Source: Candidatus Omnitrophota bacterium
GTDB lineage: Bacteria; Omnitrophota; Gorgyraeia; Tantalellales; Tantalellaceae
Direction: 5' to 3'
Assembly: GCA_043823005.1 (NCBI GenBank)
Contig: JBDRBG010000013.1
Span: 25,233-89,232, forward strand
Length of the DNA stretch: 64,000 bases
The first letter of the stretch is position 1. Each line of letters begins with the position of its first letter. Both the position numbers and the translations under genes were made by a program. Positions 23,875 through 35,188 of the stretch are shown here, in pieces. Under the pieces are notes generated by a model, which was not told the DNA's origin, ran no database searches, and saw only the letters and a list, made by a program, of their open reading frames with translations.

Positions 23875-23947
23875 ATTAAGCTATTCTCCTGGTAAACTAG
23901 GAAAATATGCAGGCAAGTAATAATAGTTTCAAGCCAGAGATGTATTC

Positions 23948-24343
23948 ATGCTCAACAATTTGAACAAAAGAAAAGTTTTTGTTACGACACTTTACACAAG
24001 CATTTTTTTCTTGCTTGGAGTGTCTTTTTTGTTTGGGTCTTTTTTCTCTGGGATTTTAATGTTTTCATTGATAACAAGTCTTAAAATGCGACATCAGCAC
24101 AAAAACACAGCAGCAATCATTCTTTTAGTTCTATCCATACTATTTTTAGCATATCCCGGAACATTTATGACAGGAGAAACAGAGGATTTGTTCGCTGTAA
24201 AAATAATGCCGGTTATTTATCAAGAGCACTATCTAAAAGGAGAGGTCAGACAAATAAAAGGAAACATTGTTTTTTGTAAGCATGAAAAAATACCTTTTGC
24301 GCCTAAATGGGCGCTAGTCTTTTGTTTTAGCGGTAGTAAATAG
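23948..24343 (+). CDS. Small hypothetical membrane protein
   Basis: Two to three hydrophobic segments, no clear RBS; bracketed by the two identical 42-bp palindromes. Confidence 0.55.
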   Translation: MLNNLNKRKVFVTTLYTSIFFLLGVSFLFGSFFSGILMFSLITSLKMRHQHKNTAAIILLVLSILFLAYPGTFMTGETEDLFAVKIMPVIYQEHYLKGEVRQIKGNIVFCKHEKIPFAPKWALVFCFSGSK

Positions 24344-24377
24344 GGACGTCACCCGCCAGGGAGACGTCCCTATTTAC
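24336..24377. repeat. 42-bp palindromic repeat, copy 2
   Basis: Identical to 23833-23874; overlaps the stop codon of the 131-aa ORF. Confidence 0.92.
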
Positions 24378-24442
24378 CTACCCTATTTAATTCGTCCTTG
24401 AAAAAAAGGGCATTTAATTATACAATTTATCGGAAGGCCGGG

Positions 24443-24518
24443 GCCCGCGTAGCTCAGTTGGTAGAGCAAAGCATTCGTAATGCTTAGGTCGGTGGTTCGA
24501 CTCCACTCGCGGGCTCCA
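24443..24518 (+). tRNA. tRNA-Thr(CGT)
   Basis: GCCCGCG/CGCGGGC acceptor stem, AAGCA-TTCGTAA-TGCTT anticodon arm, TCCA end. Confidence 0.97.
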
Positions 24519-24559
24519 TCTTTTTTATAGGCAGATAAAAACTATTTTTCATAAAAAAT

Positions 24560-25819
24560 ATGGTACGTTTTAGGGAAGTTCTGTTTAAAAGGAATTTTTT
24601 TGCTTTATGGTGCGGCCAGATAATTTCTGAATTCGGAGATAGATTAAACCAGATGGCTTTAATATCACTGGTTTATTCTAAAAATCCGGGATCTGCGATA
24701 GCTCTGGCAAAACTCCTGTTTTTTATTGTTATTCCTGTCTTTGTAGTTGGTCCTATTGCCGGTGTTTATGTTGATAGGTGGGACAGAAAAACCGTGATGA
24801 TAAATTCGGATATATTACGGGGCCTTTTTGTTCTTGCCATACCTTTATTTGTGTATTTGAACATGATGCCTGTAGTATATATTCTGGTATTTCTTATCTT
24901 TTCTGCTACAAGATTTTTCATTCCTTCTAAAATGGCGCTTATTCCGGCTATTGTTTCACAGGATAAGCTTGTAGTTGCTAATTCACTTTCGAATACGACC
25001 AGGATGATAGCTACTATTCTTGGTTTTGCGGCCGCAGGGTTTATTGTTAAATGGATAGGGTATATGTGGGGTTTTTATCTAGACAGCATAAGTTATTTTT
25101 TATCGGCCGGAATGATCGCGATTATTGCTCCCATAAGAAGAATAAAGAACGTAAAAGAAGATATCCTTTTGACAAGAAGTGTTATTAAAAAAGCAATTAG
25201 AAGGAATCTTTGGGTTGAAATAGCCGAGGGATTCGGCTATATGTTCGCCAGAAATAAGATGAAGATAGTAACAGCTACGTTTTTTCTTTTGATGGCAGGA
25301 GTTGGTTCGATTTTTTGTATCATAATAGTTTTTATCCAGGAATCTTTTGGGTCAATAACAGAGGCGCTTGGAAGTTTTGGAGTTTTTCTTGGCGCAGGGC
25401 TTTTTTTGGGGACGGTTTTGTTTGGTAAATTCGGACAAAAAGCGAATAAGGTTCAAACAATATTTTTAGGGTTTACTTTATGTGGTGTTGGAATAAGTTG
25501 TTTTGCGGTTTATGCTAACAATACACCTATTTTTATTCTGGGAGGAACTCTTATACTTTTAATAGGAACGGTTGCGGCTCCTATCTTGACATGCAGTAAT
25601 ACGTTGATACATATGCTGATTCCGGATCAAGTACGAGGGCGGATTTTTAGTTCAATGGAAGCGGTTATTCATCTTGCGTTTCTTTTTTTCATGGCATTAA
25701 CAGCATATCTTTCCAAATATTTATCTAATTTTGTGATTTTACTGGCTAGCGGGATATTTTTTATGCTATGCGGGCTAATCGGACAAATATGGGTTCGTTT
25801 GGATAAAAATATTGCTTGA
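24560..25819 (+). CDS. MFS transporter (DHA3/EntS-like)
   Basis: About 12 TM segments; motif A GVYVDRWDRK; FFALWCGQIIS; RGRIFS. Confidence 0.92.
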   Translation: MVRFREVLFKRNFFALWCGQIISEFGDRLNQMALISLVYSKNPGSAIALAKLLFFIVIPVFVVGPIAGVYVDRWDRKTVMINSDILRGLFVLAIPLFVYLNMMPVVYILVFLIFSATRFFIPSKMALIPAIVSQDKLVVANSLSNTTRMIATILGFAAAGFIVKWIGYMWGFYLDSISYFLSAGMIAIIAPIRRIKNVKEDILLTRSVIKKAIRRNLWVEIAEGFGYMFARNKMKIVTATFFLLMAGVGSIFCIIIVFIQESFGSITEALGSFGVFLGAGLFLGTVLFGKFGQKANKVQTIFLGFTLCGVGISCFAVYANNTPIFILGGTLILLIGTVAAPILTCSNTLIHMLIPDQVRGRIFSSMEAVIHLAFLFFMALTAYLSKYLSNFVILLASGIFFMLCGLIGQIWVRLDKNIA

Positions 25820-25839
25820 AAAGTTACGATCAAAGGGGC

Positions 25840-26007
25840 TTATTTGTTTGTGCAGGATAACGGAGCCCAGCAAAGGGGATAAAAACTGCATTTAGAACAA
25901 CAGATATTTTCACGATTTTGCTCTCCTCGATGCCATTTAGTTTCACATGTCCAGTAACTTTGGCATTTTTCACAGCAAATAAGTTTTTTCTTCTTTTTTT
26001 GGGACAT
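25840..26007 (-). CDS. 55-aa Cys-rich protein with a duplicated CCxxCxxYxxC-like motif (not in the ORF track)
   Basis: MSQKKKKKLICCEKCQSYWTCETKWHRGEQNRENICCSKCSFYPLCWAPLSCTNK; GAGGAG RBS 8 nt upstream; TTGAAA-17-TATAAT promoter on the minus strand at about 26049-26077. Confidence 0.8.
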   Translation of the reverse strand: MSQKKKKKLICCEKCQSYWTCETKWHRGEQNRENICCSKCSFYPLCWAPLSCTNK

Positions 26008-26238
26008 AGGGCATTCTCCTCTACATGGTATTTGAAAGCAGTAACATAATTATATAATGAAAAAGTTTTTATTTCAATACCAATCTGAGGGACGTCACCC
26101 GACAGGGAGACGTCCCTATGTATACGTCTTTGCGAGGGAGCACAGCGACCGCGGCAATCTTAATAATAATATGGTTTCCCCCTTTAGTGGTTCGCAAAAA
26201 CGTTATGACACAATCTGATGACAAGGACGTGCCTCATA

Positions 26239-26266
26239 TTGACAAAAAAGACTCAATATGTATAAT
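26239..26266 (+). promoter_or_regulatory. Sigma70 promoter of the rnf operon
   Basis: TTGACA-16 bp-TATAAT. Confidence 0.75.
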
Positions 26267-26307
26267 GTAAGCTTATCTTTGTTTTCTAAATTCCAATTAA
26301 TAAAAAC

Positions 26308-27642
26308 ATGAAAAAATTTATGACTTTTACCTTTAAAGGAGGGATACACCCTTCTTATAAAAAAGAAATAAGCCTAAAAGAGTCTTTTAAACAGGTTGTT
26401 CTTCCCGATAAAATAGAAGTACCGATATCCCAGCATATTGGAAAACCGGCTGACCCTATTGTTAAAAAAGGGGATCTTGTAGAAGAAGGCAGTATTATTG
26501 CTGATTCCAACGCTTTTATTTCGTCCTGTATTCATTCTTCTGTAAGCGGGAAAGTTCTTGATATAAAGAAAGCTTTTCATCCCAGTTTGGGGCCGACACT
26601 ATCCATTTTCATAGAGAGAGACAAAAGCAAGGCGCCAAAGGAATATCCCAAGATAGAAGAACAATGTTGTTCAGCTCAAGAGATTATACAAAAGGTTCGG
26701 GACGCGGGAATCGTGGGTATGGGAGGAGCGGCTTTTCCGACTCATGTAAAATTAAGTGTTCCGGAAGGAAAGAAAATCGACACCTTGATCATTAACGGAG
26801 CGGAATGCGAGCCTTATCTTACATGTGACCATGTGATGATGTTAAACAAGACACAGGAAATATTAGAAGGGATAGGCCTTATTTTTCGGGTATTACAGCC
26901 GAAAAAAACCTATATAGCTATTGAAAATAACAAACAAAATGTGTTGGATGCTTTTCACTGTGGACTAAAAACAGCAGAATCGCTAAAAGGTGCAGAGGTA
27001 GAGATTATTGCGCTTGAAACAAAGTATCCTCAAGGAGGGGAAAAACAGCTTATTAGCGCTATTTCCGGCAAAGAAGTTCCGCCCGGAAAACTGCCTTTAG
27101 ATATAGGGTTTCTTGTGCAGAATATAGGAACAATATATGCCATATATGAAGCCGTTTATTTTAATAAGCCTCTTCTGCAAAGAATGGTTACGATTTCAGG
27201 GGATTGTGTGGAAAATCCGGGTAACTATATTGTAAAGATAGGAACAACTGTTACGGATTTAATAGAACTATGCGGGATCAAGTTTAAAAAGAACCCCAAA
27301 AAAGTTATTATAGGAGGACCTATGATGGGGTTTTCCCAGCCCGGGACAGATGCGGCTGTTCTTAAAAATACTTCGGGCATACTTTTTTTGTCTGAAGAGA
27401 CTGCTCCTGATTTTGAAGAAGGGCAATGTATAAGGTGCGCGAAATGTGTAGATGTATGTCCTGTAAGATTATCTCCTACGGATATTATGAGAAGCGCGAA
27501 AAAGAATTTATGGGACAAAACAGAAGAAGCCTACGTTACAGATTGTATGGAATGCGGGAGTTGTACATATGTTTGTCCCGCAAGGATTCCTCTTGTTCAA
27601 TATATAAAAGAAGCCAAAAGAATAATCGCAAAGAAAAAGTAA
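26308..27642 (+). CDS. rnfC: Rnf complex subunit C
   Basis: FKGGIHP, GMGGAAFPTHVK, NGAECEPYLT, two CxxCxxCxxxCP clusters. Confidence 0.97.
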   Translation: MKKFMTFTFKGGIHPSYKKEISLKESFKQVVLPDKIEVPISQHIGKPADPIVKKGDLVEEGSIIADSNAFISSCIHSSVSGKVLDIKKAFHPSLGPTLSIFIERDKSKAPKEYPKIEEQCCSAQEIIQKVRDAGIVGMGGAAFPTHVKLSVPEGKKIDTLIINGAECEPYLTCDHVMMLNKTQEILEGIGLIFRVLQPKKTYIAIENNKQNVLDAFHCGLKTAESLKGAEVEIIALETKYPQGGEKQLISAISGKEVPPGKLPLDIGFLVQNIGTIYAIYEAVYFNKPLLQRMVTISGDCVENPGNYIVKIGTTVTDLIELCGIKFKKNPKKVIIGGPMMGFSQPGTDAAVLKNTSGILFLSEETAPDFEEGQCIRCAKCVDVCPVRLSPTDIMRSAKKNLWDKTEEAYVTDCMECGSCTYVCPARIPLVQYIKEAKRIIAKKK

Positions 27643-27646
27643 AGAG

Positions 27647-28591
27647 ATGAATAAACTTACTATAAATAGTTCACCCCATGTTTCTGCTCCGCTAGATACT
27701 CAGGGCATCATGAAAGGCGTTATAACAGCGCTTATTCCTGCCATGATTGCGGGTATATATTTTTTCAGATGGCAGGCAGTAAGCGTTATTATCGCAACAG
27801 TCGCGGGAAGTGTTGCCGCGGAATATCTGCTTCAGAAGCTTAGAAAGAAAAAAGTGCAAATAAAGGATTTTAGCGCAATTCTTACCGGCCTTCTTTTGGC
27901 ATTGGTTTTGCCTCCTGCAATTCCTCTTTGGATGGCTTTTTTTGGCGGAGTTTTCGCTATAAGTTTGGGTAAAGAAATATTCGGGGGATTGGGTAACAAC
28001 ATTTTTAATCCGGCGCTTCTTAGCCGGGCGTTTCTTATGGCGTCGTTTCCGGTTGTTCTGACAACATGGACCGCGCCTGTCGCTATAGATGCCGCGACTA
28101 TGGCGACACCGCTTGCTCTGGTAAAATTTGATCATATAATTACTCCATATTCAGATCTTTTTCTGGGTAATGTAGGAGGGTGTTTGGGAGAGACATCTTC
28201 CGCGGCATTGCTTTTAGGCGCGATATATCTTTTGTGGAAGAAAATAATTGATTACAGGATACCGTTAGCATATATAGGAACAGTAGTTGTTATTGCCGCG
28301 ATTACGCATATAATAAACCCGAAAGTTTTTGCGGGGCCTGTATTTCACGTGTTGGCAGGAGGCCTTTTAATCGGCGCGGTATTTATGGCGACAGATCCGG
28401 TAACCTCTCCGGTAACGCTTAAAGGAAGATGGATTTTTGGAATAGGATGCGGCTTTATTGCGATGGTTATACGTTTATGGGGAGGGTTGCCGGAAGGAGT
28501 GATGTATTCCATTTTATTGATGAACGCGTTGACTCCGCTTATTAATCGGGCGACAAAGCGGAAAAGGTTTGGAATAACGGGGGGGAAATAA
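27647..28591 (+). CDS. rnfD: Rnf complex subunit D
   Basis: SSPH, FGGLGNNIFNPAL, ATPL flavinylation site, FMATDPVTSP. Confidence 0.96.
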   Translation: MNKLTINSSPHVSAPLDTQGIMKGVITALIPAMIAGIYFFRWQAVSVIIATVAGSVAAEYLLQKLRKKKVQIKDFSAILTGLLLALVLPPAIPLWMAFFGGVFAISLGKEIFGGLGNNIFNPALLSRAFLMASFPVVLTTWTAPVAIDAATMATPLALVKFDHIITPYSDLFLGNVGGCLGETSSAALLLGAIYLLWKKIIDYRIPLAYIGTVVVIAAITHIINPKVFAGPVFHVLAGGLLIGAVFMATDPVTSPVTLKGRWIFGIGCGFIAMVIRLWGGLPEGVMYSILLMNALTPLINRATKRKRFGITGGK

Positions 28592-28596
28592 AGATC

Positions 28597-29163
28597 GTGA
28601 AAAATTTTTTACAAAACAATGTTACAAAAATGATAGTTGCTCTGGCTGTGGTCGGAGCTGTTTCAGGTCTTAGTCTGGTTTTTGTTTATAAGTACGCGAT
28701 GCCCAAAATTAAAATAAACATAAATAAAGAAATGGACAAAGCAATAAAGAGTATTTTTCCGGGGACGGATAAAACGGAGAAAATAGAGGGTCAGCAAGAT
28801 GTTTTTAAGGTCAGAGATAAGAAAGGGATTTTATTGGGATATGCTTTTGTTGCAGAGGGAAACGGATACCAGGGGATAATAAAAATAATAGTTGGTGTGG
28901 ATGAAAAGATTATAAAAACCAAAGGGATGGAAGTTCTTGAGTCTCAAGAAACACCCGGGCTCGGAGCTGAAATCGCGAACGGAAAATTTAAAGATCAGTT
29001 TAAGGGGTTGTCTATTGTCCAGGCAATAGAGTATGTTAAGAACCAGAACCCGCAAAAACCTTATGAAATAGAAGCCATAACAGGCGCTACAATTTCATCA
29101 AGGGCAGTTGTAAATATAATCAACAAGAAACTAGCGGAAATACGCGAGGCGTTGCGTAAATAA
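28597..29163 (+). CDS. rnfG: Rnf complex subunit G
   Basis: One N-terminal TM; ETPGLG; ITGATISS FMN site. Confidence 0.95.
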   Translation: MKNFLQNNVTKMIVALAVVGAVSGLSLVFVYKYAMPKIKININKEMDKAIKSIFPGTDKTEKIEGQQDVFKVRDKKGILLGYAFVAEGNGYQGIIKIIVGVDEKIIKTKGMEVLESQETPGLGAEIANGKFKDQFKGLSIVQAIEYVKNQNPQKPYEIEAITGATISSRAVVNIINKKLAEIREALRK

Positions 29164-29176
29164 GGAAAAACAGGTC

Positions 29177-29797
29177 ATGATAAAAGATTTTGTAAAAGGA
29201 TTATGGCGGGAAAATCCGGTGTTCGTTCAGGTCTTAGGAATGTGTCCGACCCTGGCGGTTACGACAAAAGCGCTGTTTGGACTTTCTATGGGCATGGCGA
29301 CTACATTTGTGGTTGTTTCTTCCAGCATAGTGGTATCTGTTATAAGAAAATTTGTCCCCGAGCAGGTCAGAATTCCGATGTTTACGGTTATAATCGCCAC
29401 TTTTGTAACGCTAGCGGATTATTTCTTAAAAGCTAATTTTTTTCAGATAAGCAAGGCGTTAGGGCCTTATATTCCATTGATAGTGGTCAATTGTCTTATT
29501 TTGGGCAGAGCAGAAGCCTTTGCTTCTAAGCAAGGGCCAGTAAGAGCGTTTTTTGACGCTTTAGGTATGGGGATCGGGTTTACTTTAGCTTTAATTGTTT
29601 TAGGCTCAATAAGAGAGATTTTAGGAGCAGGAACTATTTTTGAAGCGCGTATAATGGGACAGGGCTTTACGAATTGGATTGTTATGGTTCTTCCTGCCGG
29701 AGCGTTTATAACGCTGGGGCTTCTGGTTGGTGTGTTTAATGTTATTGATGAGAAAAAAAAGAGTAAACAAAAAAAGTTTAGGGTAAACGAAAAATGA
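29177..29797 (+). CDS. rnfE: Rnf complex subunit E
   Basis: ENPVFVQVLGMCPTLAVT and PLIVVNCLILGRAEAFA. Confidence 0.96.
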   Translation: MIKDFVKGLWRENPVFVQVLGMCPTLAVTTKALFGLSMGMATTFVVVSSSIVVSVIRKFVPEQVRIPMFTVIIATFVTLADYFLKANFFQISKALGPYIPLIVVNCLILGRAEAFASKQGPVRAFFDALGMGIGFTLALIVLGSIREILGAGTIFEARIMGQGFTNWIVMVLPAGAFITLGLLVGVFNVIDEKKKSKQKKFRVNEK

Positions 29798-30375
29798 AAC
29801 AACTTATATTGGTTTTTATCGCGGCAAGCATAACCAACAATTTTGTGTTAACATATTTTTTAGGAATATGCCCTTTTATTGGAGTTTCTAATAAGATAGA
29901 CAGCGCGATCGGTCTTGGCATGGCCACTACTTTTGTTATGACCATGGCCGCGACAGTTACGTGGCTTATTTATCATTATATTCTGGTGCCGTTTAATGTC
30001 GCATTTTTGCAGTATGTTACTTTTATTATAGTCATAGCTAGTTTTGTGCAATTTGTGGAGATGTTTATAAAAAAAGTATCGCCCGCTTTGTATAAAGCTT
30101 TAGGCATATTTTTGCCGCTTATAACTACTAATTGCGCGATACTCGGACTTACTTTATTTATGGTTCTGAGGAATTATGCTTTTTTGGAGTCCGTTATTTT
30201 TGGACTCGGCGCGGGAGTGGGCTTTACTATAGCGCTGGTGATAATGGCTGGTATCAGAGAGGATCTTGTTTTTTCTGAAATACCCAAACCATTACAAGGA
30301 GCAGGCATAACTTTGATAATAGCCGGAATGCTTGCTTTAGCGTTTATGGGTTTTGGCGGAATCATAGGCGGATAG
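29794..30375 (+). CDS. rnfA: Rnf complex subunit A
   Basis: NNFVLTYFLGICPFIGVS and LGIFLPLITTNCAILG. Confidence 0.96.
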   Translation: MKQLILVFIAASITNNFVLTYFLGICPFIGVSNKIDSAIGLGMATTFVMTMAATVTWLIYHYILVPFNVAFLQYVTFIIVIASFVQFVEMFIKKVSPALYKALGIFLPLITTNCAILGLTLFMVLRNYAFLESVIFGLGAGVGFTIALVIMAGIREDLVFSEIPKPLQGAGITLIIAGMLALAFMGFGGIIGG

Positions 30376-30880
30376 CACAAAAAGAGTCGTTGGTCGTTAG
30401 TTGTTAGTAAGAGCCGCCTCAGTGGGCCGACGGCGAAACCTTTCCGTCTTTGCGAGGAGGTCGCAGGCCGACGCGGCAATTTCTCCGCTGTCTTTGCGAG
30501 GGAGCAAGAGCGACCGCGGCAATCTCTTTGGTGAATAGCGTCTTGTCTTGAAAGTACAGAGAAGAAAGAGCTGGAATGCGCGGCTGGAAGGGCAAACATT
30601 CCGTGCTCAAACAGTCCTCGGATGATCTCTTGATCATCCTGCGGAACTGTGCGCGGAATGCTTGCCCTTCCAGCTGAAAAGATTCCGTCTTTGCGAGGAG
30701 CGAAGGGGAGCGCGGCAGTTTATTCAGTGAATAGTGGTGAGTGAATGGTGAATAGTTGCAGGAGCCGTCTCTTCGCCATAATAAGCGGATCCGCCTCAGT
30801 GGGCCAGCGGCGAACCCCTTCCGTCATTGCGAGGAGGCGCGGAGCGGCGACGCGGCAATATCGATAAAAGCAAAAAGGAA
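30376..30880. repeat. Mosaic repeat cluster between rnfA and rnfB
   Basis: Four family-A REPs, GAGCC...GGCGAA hairpins, 7-bp GTCGTTA/GTGAATA tandems and a 92-bp hairpin at 30583-30674. Confidence 0.85.
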
Positions 30881-30966
30881 AAAGACAGAAACATATAAAT
30901 TTAAGATATGTAGTTTCTGAGGGCGAATAAGAAAATAGTTTAAAAAAGTAACAACAGAACAAAATA

Positions 30967-31773
30967 ATGGATAATTTGATTTTGGCATCAGTACTAAGCA
31001 TGACGGGATTGGCAATAATATTTGCCGCTGTTTTGGCTTTCGCGGATAAAAAATTAAGGGTTGAAGAAGACCCAAGAGTAGATAAGATCAATCATCTTTT
31101 ACCGGGGCTCAATTGCGGGGCCTGTGGATTTTTAAGCTGTCATGATTTTGCCGAACACATAGTGTTTGAAAACGCGGATCCGGGAAAATGCAGGGTTTTG
31201 GATGCGGAAACCAGAGAAGAACTGTTTAAACTTATAGGCCGGGAAGGGGCAAACCTTTATCCTAAAATTCCGGTTATTCATTGCGCGGCCGGATCAGAAA
31301 ATAAAAAAATAATGGCAGACTATAAGGGTATTAAAACGTGTTTAGCCGCGGATCTTATTTTTGGAGGCGGGATGCAGTGTGAATACGGCTGTATGGGGCT
31401 GGGCGATTGTGTAAGAGAATGTCCGTTTGACGCGTTAACGATGAAAGACGGCCTTCCTCTGGTGGATCAGGAAAAATGTACGGGCTGCGGTAAATGCGAA
31501 AAGGCGTGTCCCCGGAATATAATCAAGATCGAAGAAAAAAAACATAAAAAACTTTTTTACGTGGCATGCAGTTCTCATGATAATGCCTTAAGGGTTAGAC
31601 AGGTATGCGGAGTCGGCTGTATTGCTTGCGGGATCTGTGAGAAATTATCTCCGGAAGGATTTTTTAAAGTTACAGAAAACCTTTCGTACGCGGATTATTC
31701 GAAACAGGATAAACAGGAAGAAGTTGAAATCCTTAGTATGAAATGCCCGACTAAGGTTATAAAGAATATGTAA
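30967..31773 (+). CDS. rnfB: Rnf complex subunit B
   Basis: N-terminal TM, LPGLNCGACG, CEYGCMGLGDC, CTGCGKCEKACP, CIACGIC. Confidence 0.96.
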   Translation: MDNLILASVLSMTGLAIIFAAVLAFADKKLRVEEDPRVDKINHLLPGLNCGACGFLSCHDFAEHIVFENADPGKCRVLDAETREELFKLIGREGANLYPKIPVIHCAAGSENKKIMADYKGIKTCLAADLIFGGGMQCEYGCMGLGDCVRECPFDALTMKDGLPLVDQEKCTGCGKCEKACPRNIIKIEEKKHKKLFYVACSSHDNALRVRQVCGVGCIACGICEKLSPEGFFKVTENLSYADYSKQDKQEEVEILSMKCPTKVIKNM

Positions 31774-31777
31774 CACA

Positions 31778-31852
31778 GTGGGGACACGTCGGAAAGGGAC
31801 ACACTTCACTGACAGAATATATATGAAGTGTGTCCCTTTCAGTCATGTCCCC
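31778..31852. repeat. GGGACA...TGTCCC palindromic element
   Basis: GGGGACA..AAAGGGACACACTTCA...TGAAGTGTGTCCCTTT..TGTCCCC nested inverted repeat. Confidence 0.75.
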
Positions 31853-31897
31853 GAATTTTATTTTTATTTGTCATTGCGAAAACACAAGGATAAAAAC

Positions 31898-32503
31898 ATG
31901 AACATAGCAGTTTTTGCCTCAGGGAAAGGAACCAATTTGCAGTCGCTTATTGACGCGGAAAAAAGCGCGAATTTGGCAGAAGGACACATACGTTTAGTTA
32001 TAAGTGACAAAAAAGACGCTTATGCGCTTATTCGTGCCGCAAAAGCTGAAATAAATACTTTTGTTCTTGAAAGCAAAGAATGTTCTTCCCGGGAGGAATA
32101 CGAGAAGAAATTAATGATAAGATTGAAAAAAGAAAACATAGATCTAATTGTGCTTGCCGGTTTTATGCGTATTCTTAGCGCGGATTTTGTTGAAGCATAT
32201 AAGGGGAGGATTATAAATATACACCCGGCTCTATTGCCCAGTTTTAAGGGGATGCATGGAATAAAAGATGCTTTTGATTATGGAGTAAAAATTACCGGAG
32301 TAACTGTTCATTTCGTGGACAAAGAAATCGATGAAGGCCCAATAATATTGCAGAAAAGTATTTTAGTCGAAGACCATGATAACCTGGAAACTTTGGAAGA
32401 AAAAGTTCATAAAGAGGAACATGTTTTATATCCTTTAGTTGTTAAATTGTTTGTTGAGGGCAGACTTAAAATAGAAGGAAGGAAAGTGCGAATCGCGGAA
32501 TAA
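31898..32503 (+). CDS. purN: Phosphoribosylglycinamide formyltransferase
   Basis: MNIAVFASGKGTNL, LAGFMRIL, NIHPALLPSF, GVTVHFVD. Start corrected to ATG 31898. Confidence 0.97.
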   Translation: MNIAVFASGKGTNLQSLIDAEKSANLAEGHIRLVISDKKDAYALIRAAKAEINTFVLESKECSSREEYEKKLMIRLKKENIDLIVLAGFMRILSADFVEAYKGRIINIHPALLPSFKGMHGIKDAFDYGVKITGVTVHFVDKEIDEGPIILQKSILVEDHDNLETLEEKVHKEEHVLYPLVVKLFVEGRLKIEGRKVRIAE

Positions 32504-32559
32504 TATTAACGCATCAGTTTTTATCGAAAGAATAAATCTGGAGAGTCTGATGTTTTTAA

Positions 32560-34118
<1,559 letters not shown>

Positions 34119-34201
34119 CGGTGACTAACGGTTAACCGTCAACCAAAGTCGTCTTTGCGAGGGAGCGAAGCGACCGCGGCAATCTCAATAAAAAAATAAA
34201 T

Positions 34202-35137
34202 CTATCTATTATATTTTTTTAAAAATCGTTGAACTTGAAACAAATTATGAAGGTTTTCAGTAGCGCCTGTACCTCCGCAGATAAGAGCGGATACTGCTGA
34301 AGCAAAAACAAGGTCTTCTTTGGTGATATCAAGAGGACCTTGTTTTTTTTGAACGCAGTATCTGAAAAGGAGTCCCGCAGTAAAACCATCTCCCGCGCCG
34401 ATAGTATCTACAAGAGGAATCTTAAAAGCCGGACAGAATATTCTCTTTTTGTTTTTATAAAAAAAAGACCCTTTTCCTCCAAGAGTTATAACGACTTTTT
34501 GGGGAAGTTTTTTTAAAGCAGAAGAAAGAGTTTTAGAGGAAGTAATCCCAAGGGCGTCTTGTTCGCTGAGTTTTAAGAGATCAACATACCGGAGAAGCTT
34601 TTTTATCCGGATACGGGCCATTTTTTTGTTTTTGATTCTGTTTTCGCGCCAGTTAGGGTCATAGGAGATAAGAATATTCTTTTTCTTTGCCTGTTGCATC
34701 AAAGAGAGAGTGTTCTCAAAGGTAAAATTATTATAAGAAAAAGCAGAAGCAGTATGGAATGCTTTGATATTGTTGAAAATAGATGATGGAATTTCTTTTT
34801 TTGAAAAAGCAGTAATTTTGCCTTGTGTTTTATAGAAGATATACGAAGAATCTCCTTTTTTATTAATTTTGGCAATAGCTAAACCGGGTTTTATATTTTT
34901 ATTATAAACAATATTTTTTGTGTTAAGTTTTTCTTTTAACATGATGTGACAAAGATTTTTGGAAAGAAAATCAGTGCCTGTTTTTGCTAAAAGAGAAACA
35001 CGAAGGCCCAATCGGGATAAAAGAATAGCTGTATTAAAGACAGACCCGCCCGGCCGGGCGGAAAAGTCCAGGGTTGGTTCTTGTTTTTTGCCTTTTGATA
35101 TAAGGTCAAAAGCTATGTTTCCACAGCAAAGTATCAT
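34202..35137 (-). CDS. PfkB family carbohydrate kinase (fructokinase-like)
   Basis: PGGSVFNTA, SYDPNWR, LLKLSEQD, VDTIGAGDGF. Start at ATG 35137 (MILCCG). Confidence 0.93.
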   Translation of the reverse strand: MILCCGNIAFDLISKGKKQEPTLDFSARPGGSVFNTAILLSRLGLRVSLLAKTGTDFLSKNLCHIMLKEKLNTKNIVYNKNIKPGLAIAKINKKGDSSYIFYKTQGKITAFSKKEIPSSIFNNIKAFHTASAFSYNNFTFENTLSLMQQAKKKNILISYDPNWRENRIKNKKMARIRIKKLLRYVDLLKLSEQDALGITSSKTLSSALKKLPQKVVITLGGKGSFFYKNKKRIFCPAFKIPLVDTIGAGDGFTAGLLFRYCVQKKQGPLDITKEDLVFASAVSALICGGTGATENLHNLFQVQRFLKKYNR

Positions 35138-35188
35138 GTCGGTATTATAGCACAAGTTGTGGTGCGCCAAACAAAAAATTAGTTCAGA

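Noticed and set aside
22225-24520. Integrative element or prophage at tRNA-Phe, tRNA-Thr or tRNA-fMet
   Set aside because: No integrase or phage genes and no duplicated tRNA 3' end (att site) noticed.
30174-31091. Minus-strand ORFs across repeat clusters (also 13284-13505, 16651-16895, 35184-35429, 50789-51025, 59214-59533, 62317-62538, 63647-63853)
   Set aside because: Their shared peptides (e.g. DCRGRSCSLAKT) are translations of REP DNA, with no RBS or protein-like features.
31778-31897. 40-aa N-terminal extension of PurN in the ORF track
   Set aside because: It is translation through a palindromic repeat; PurN homology starts at MNIAVF (31898).
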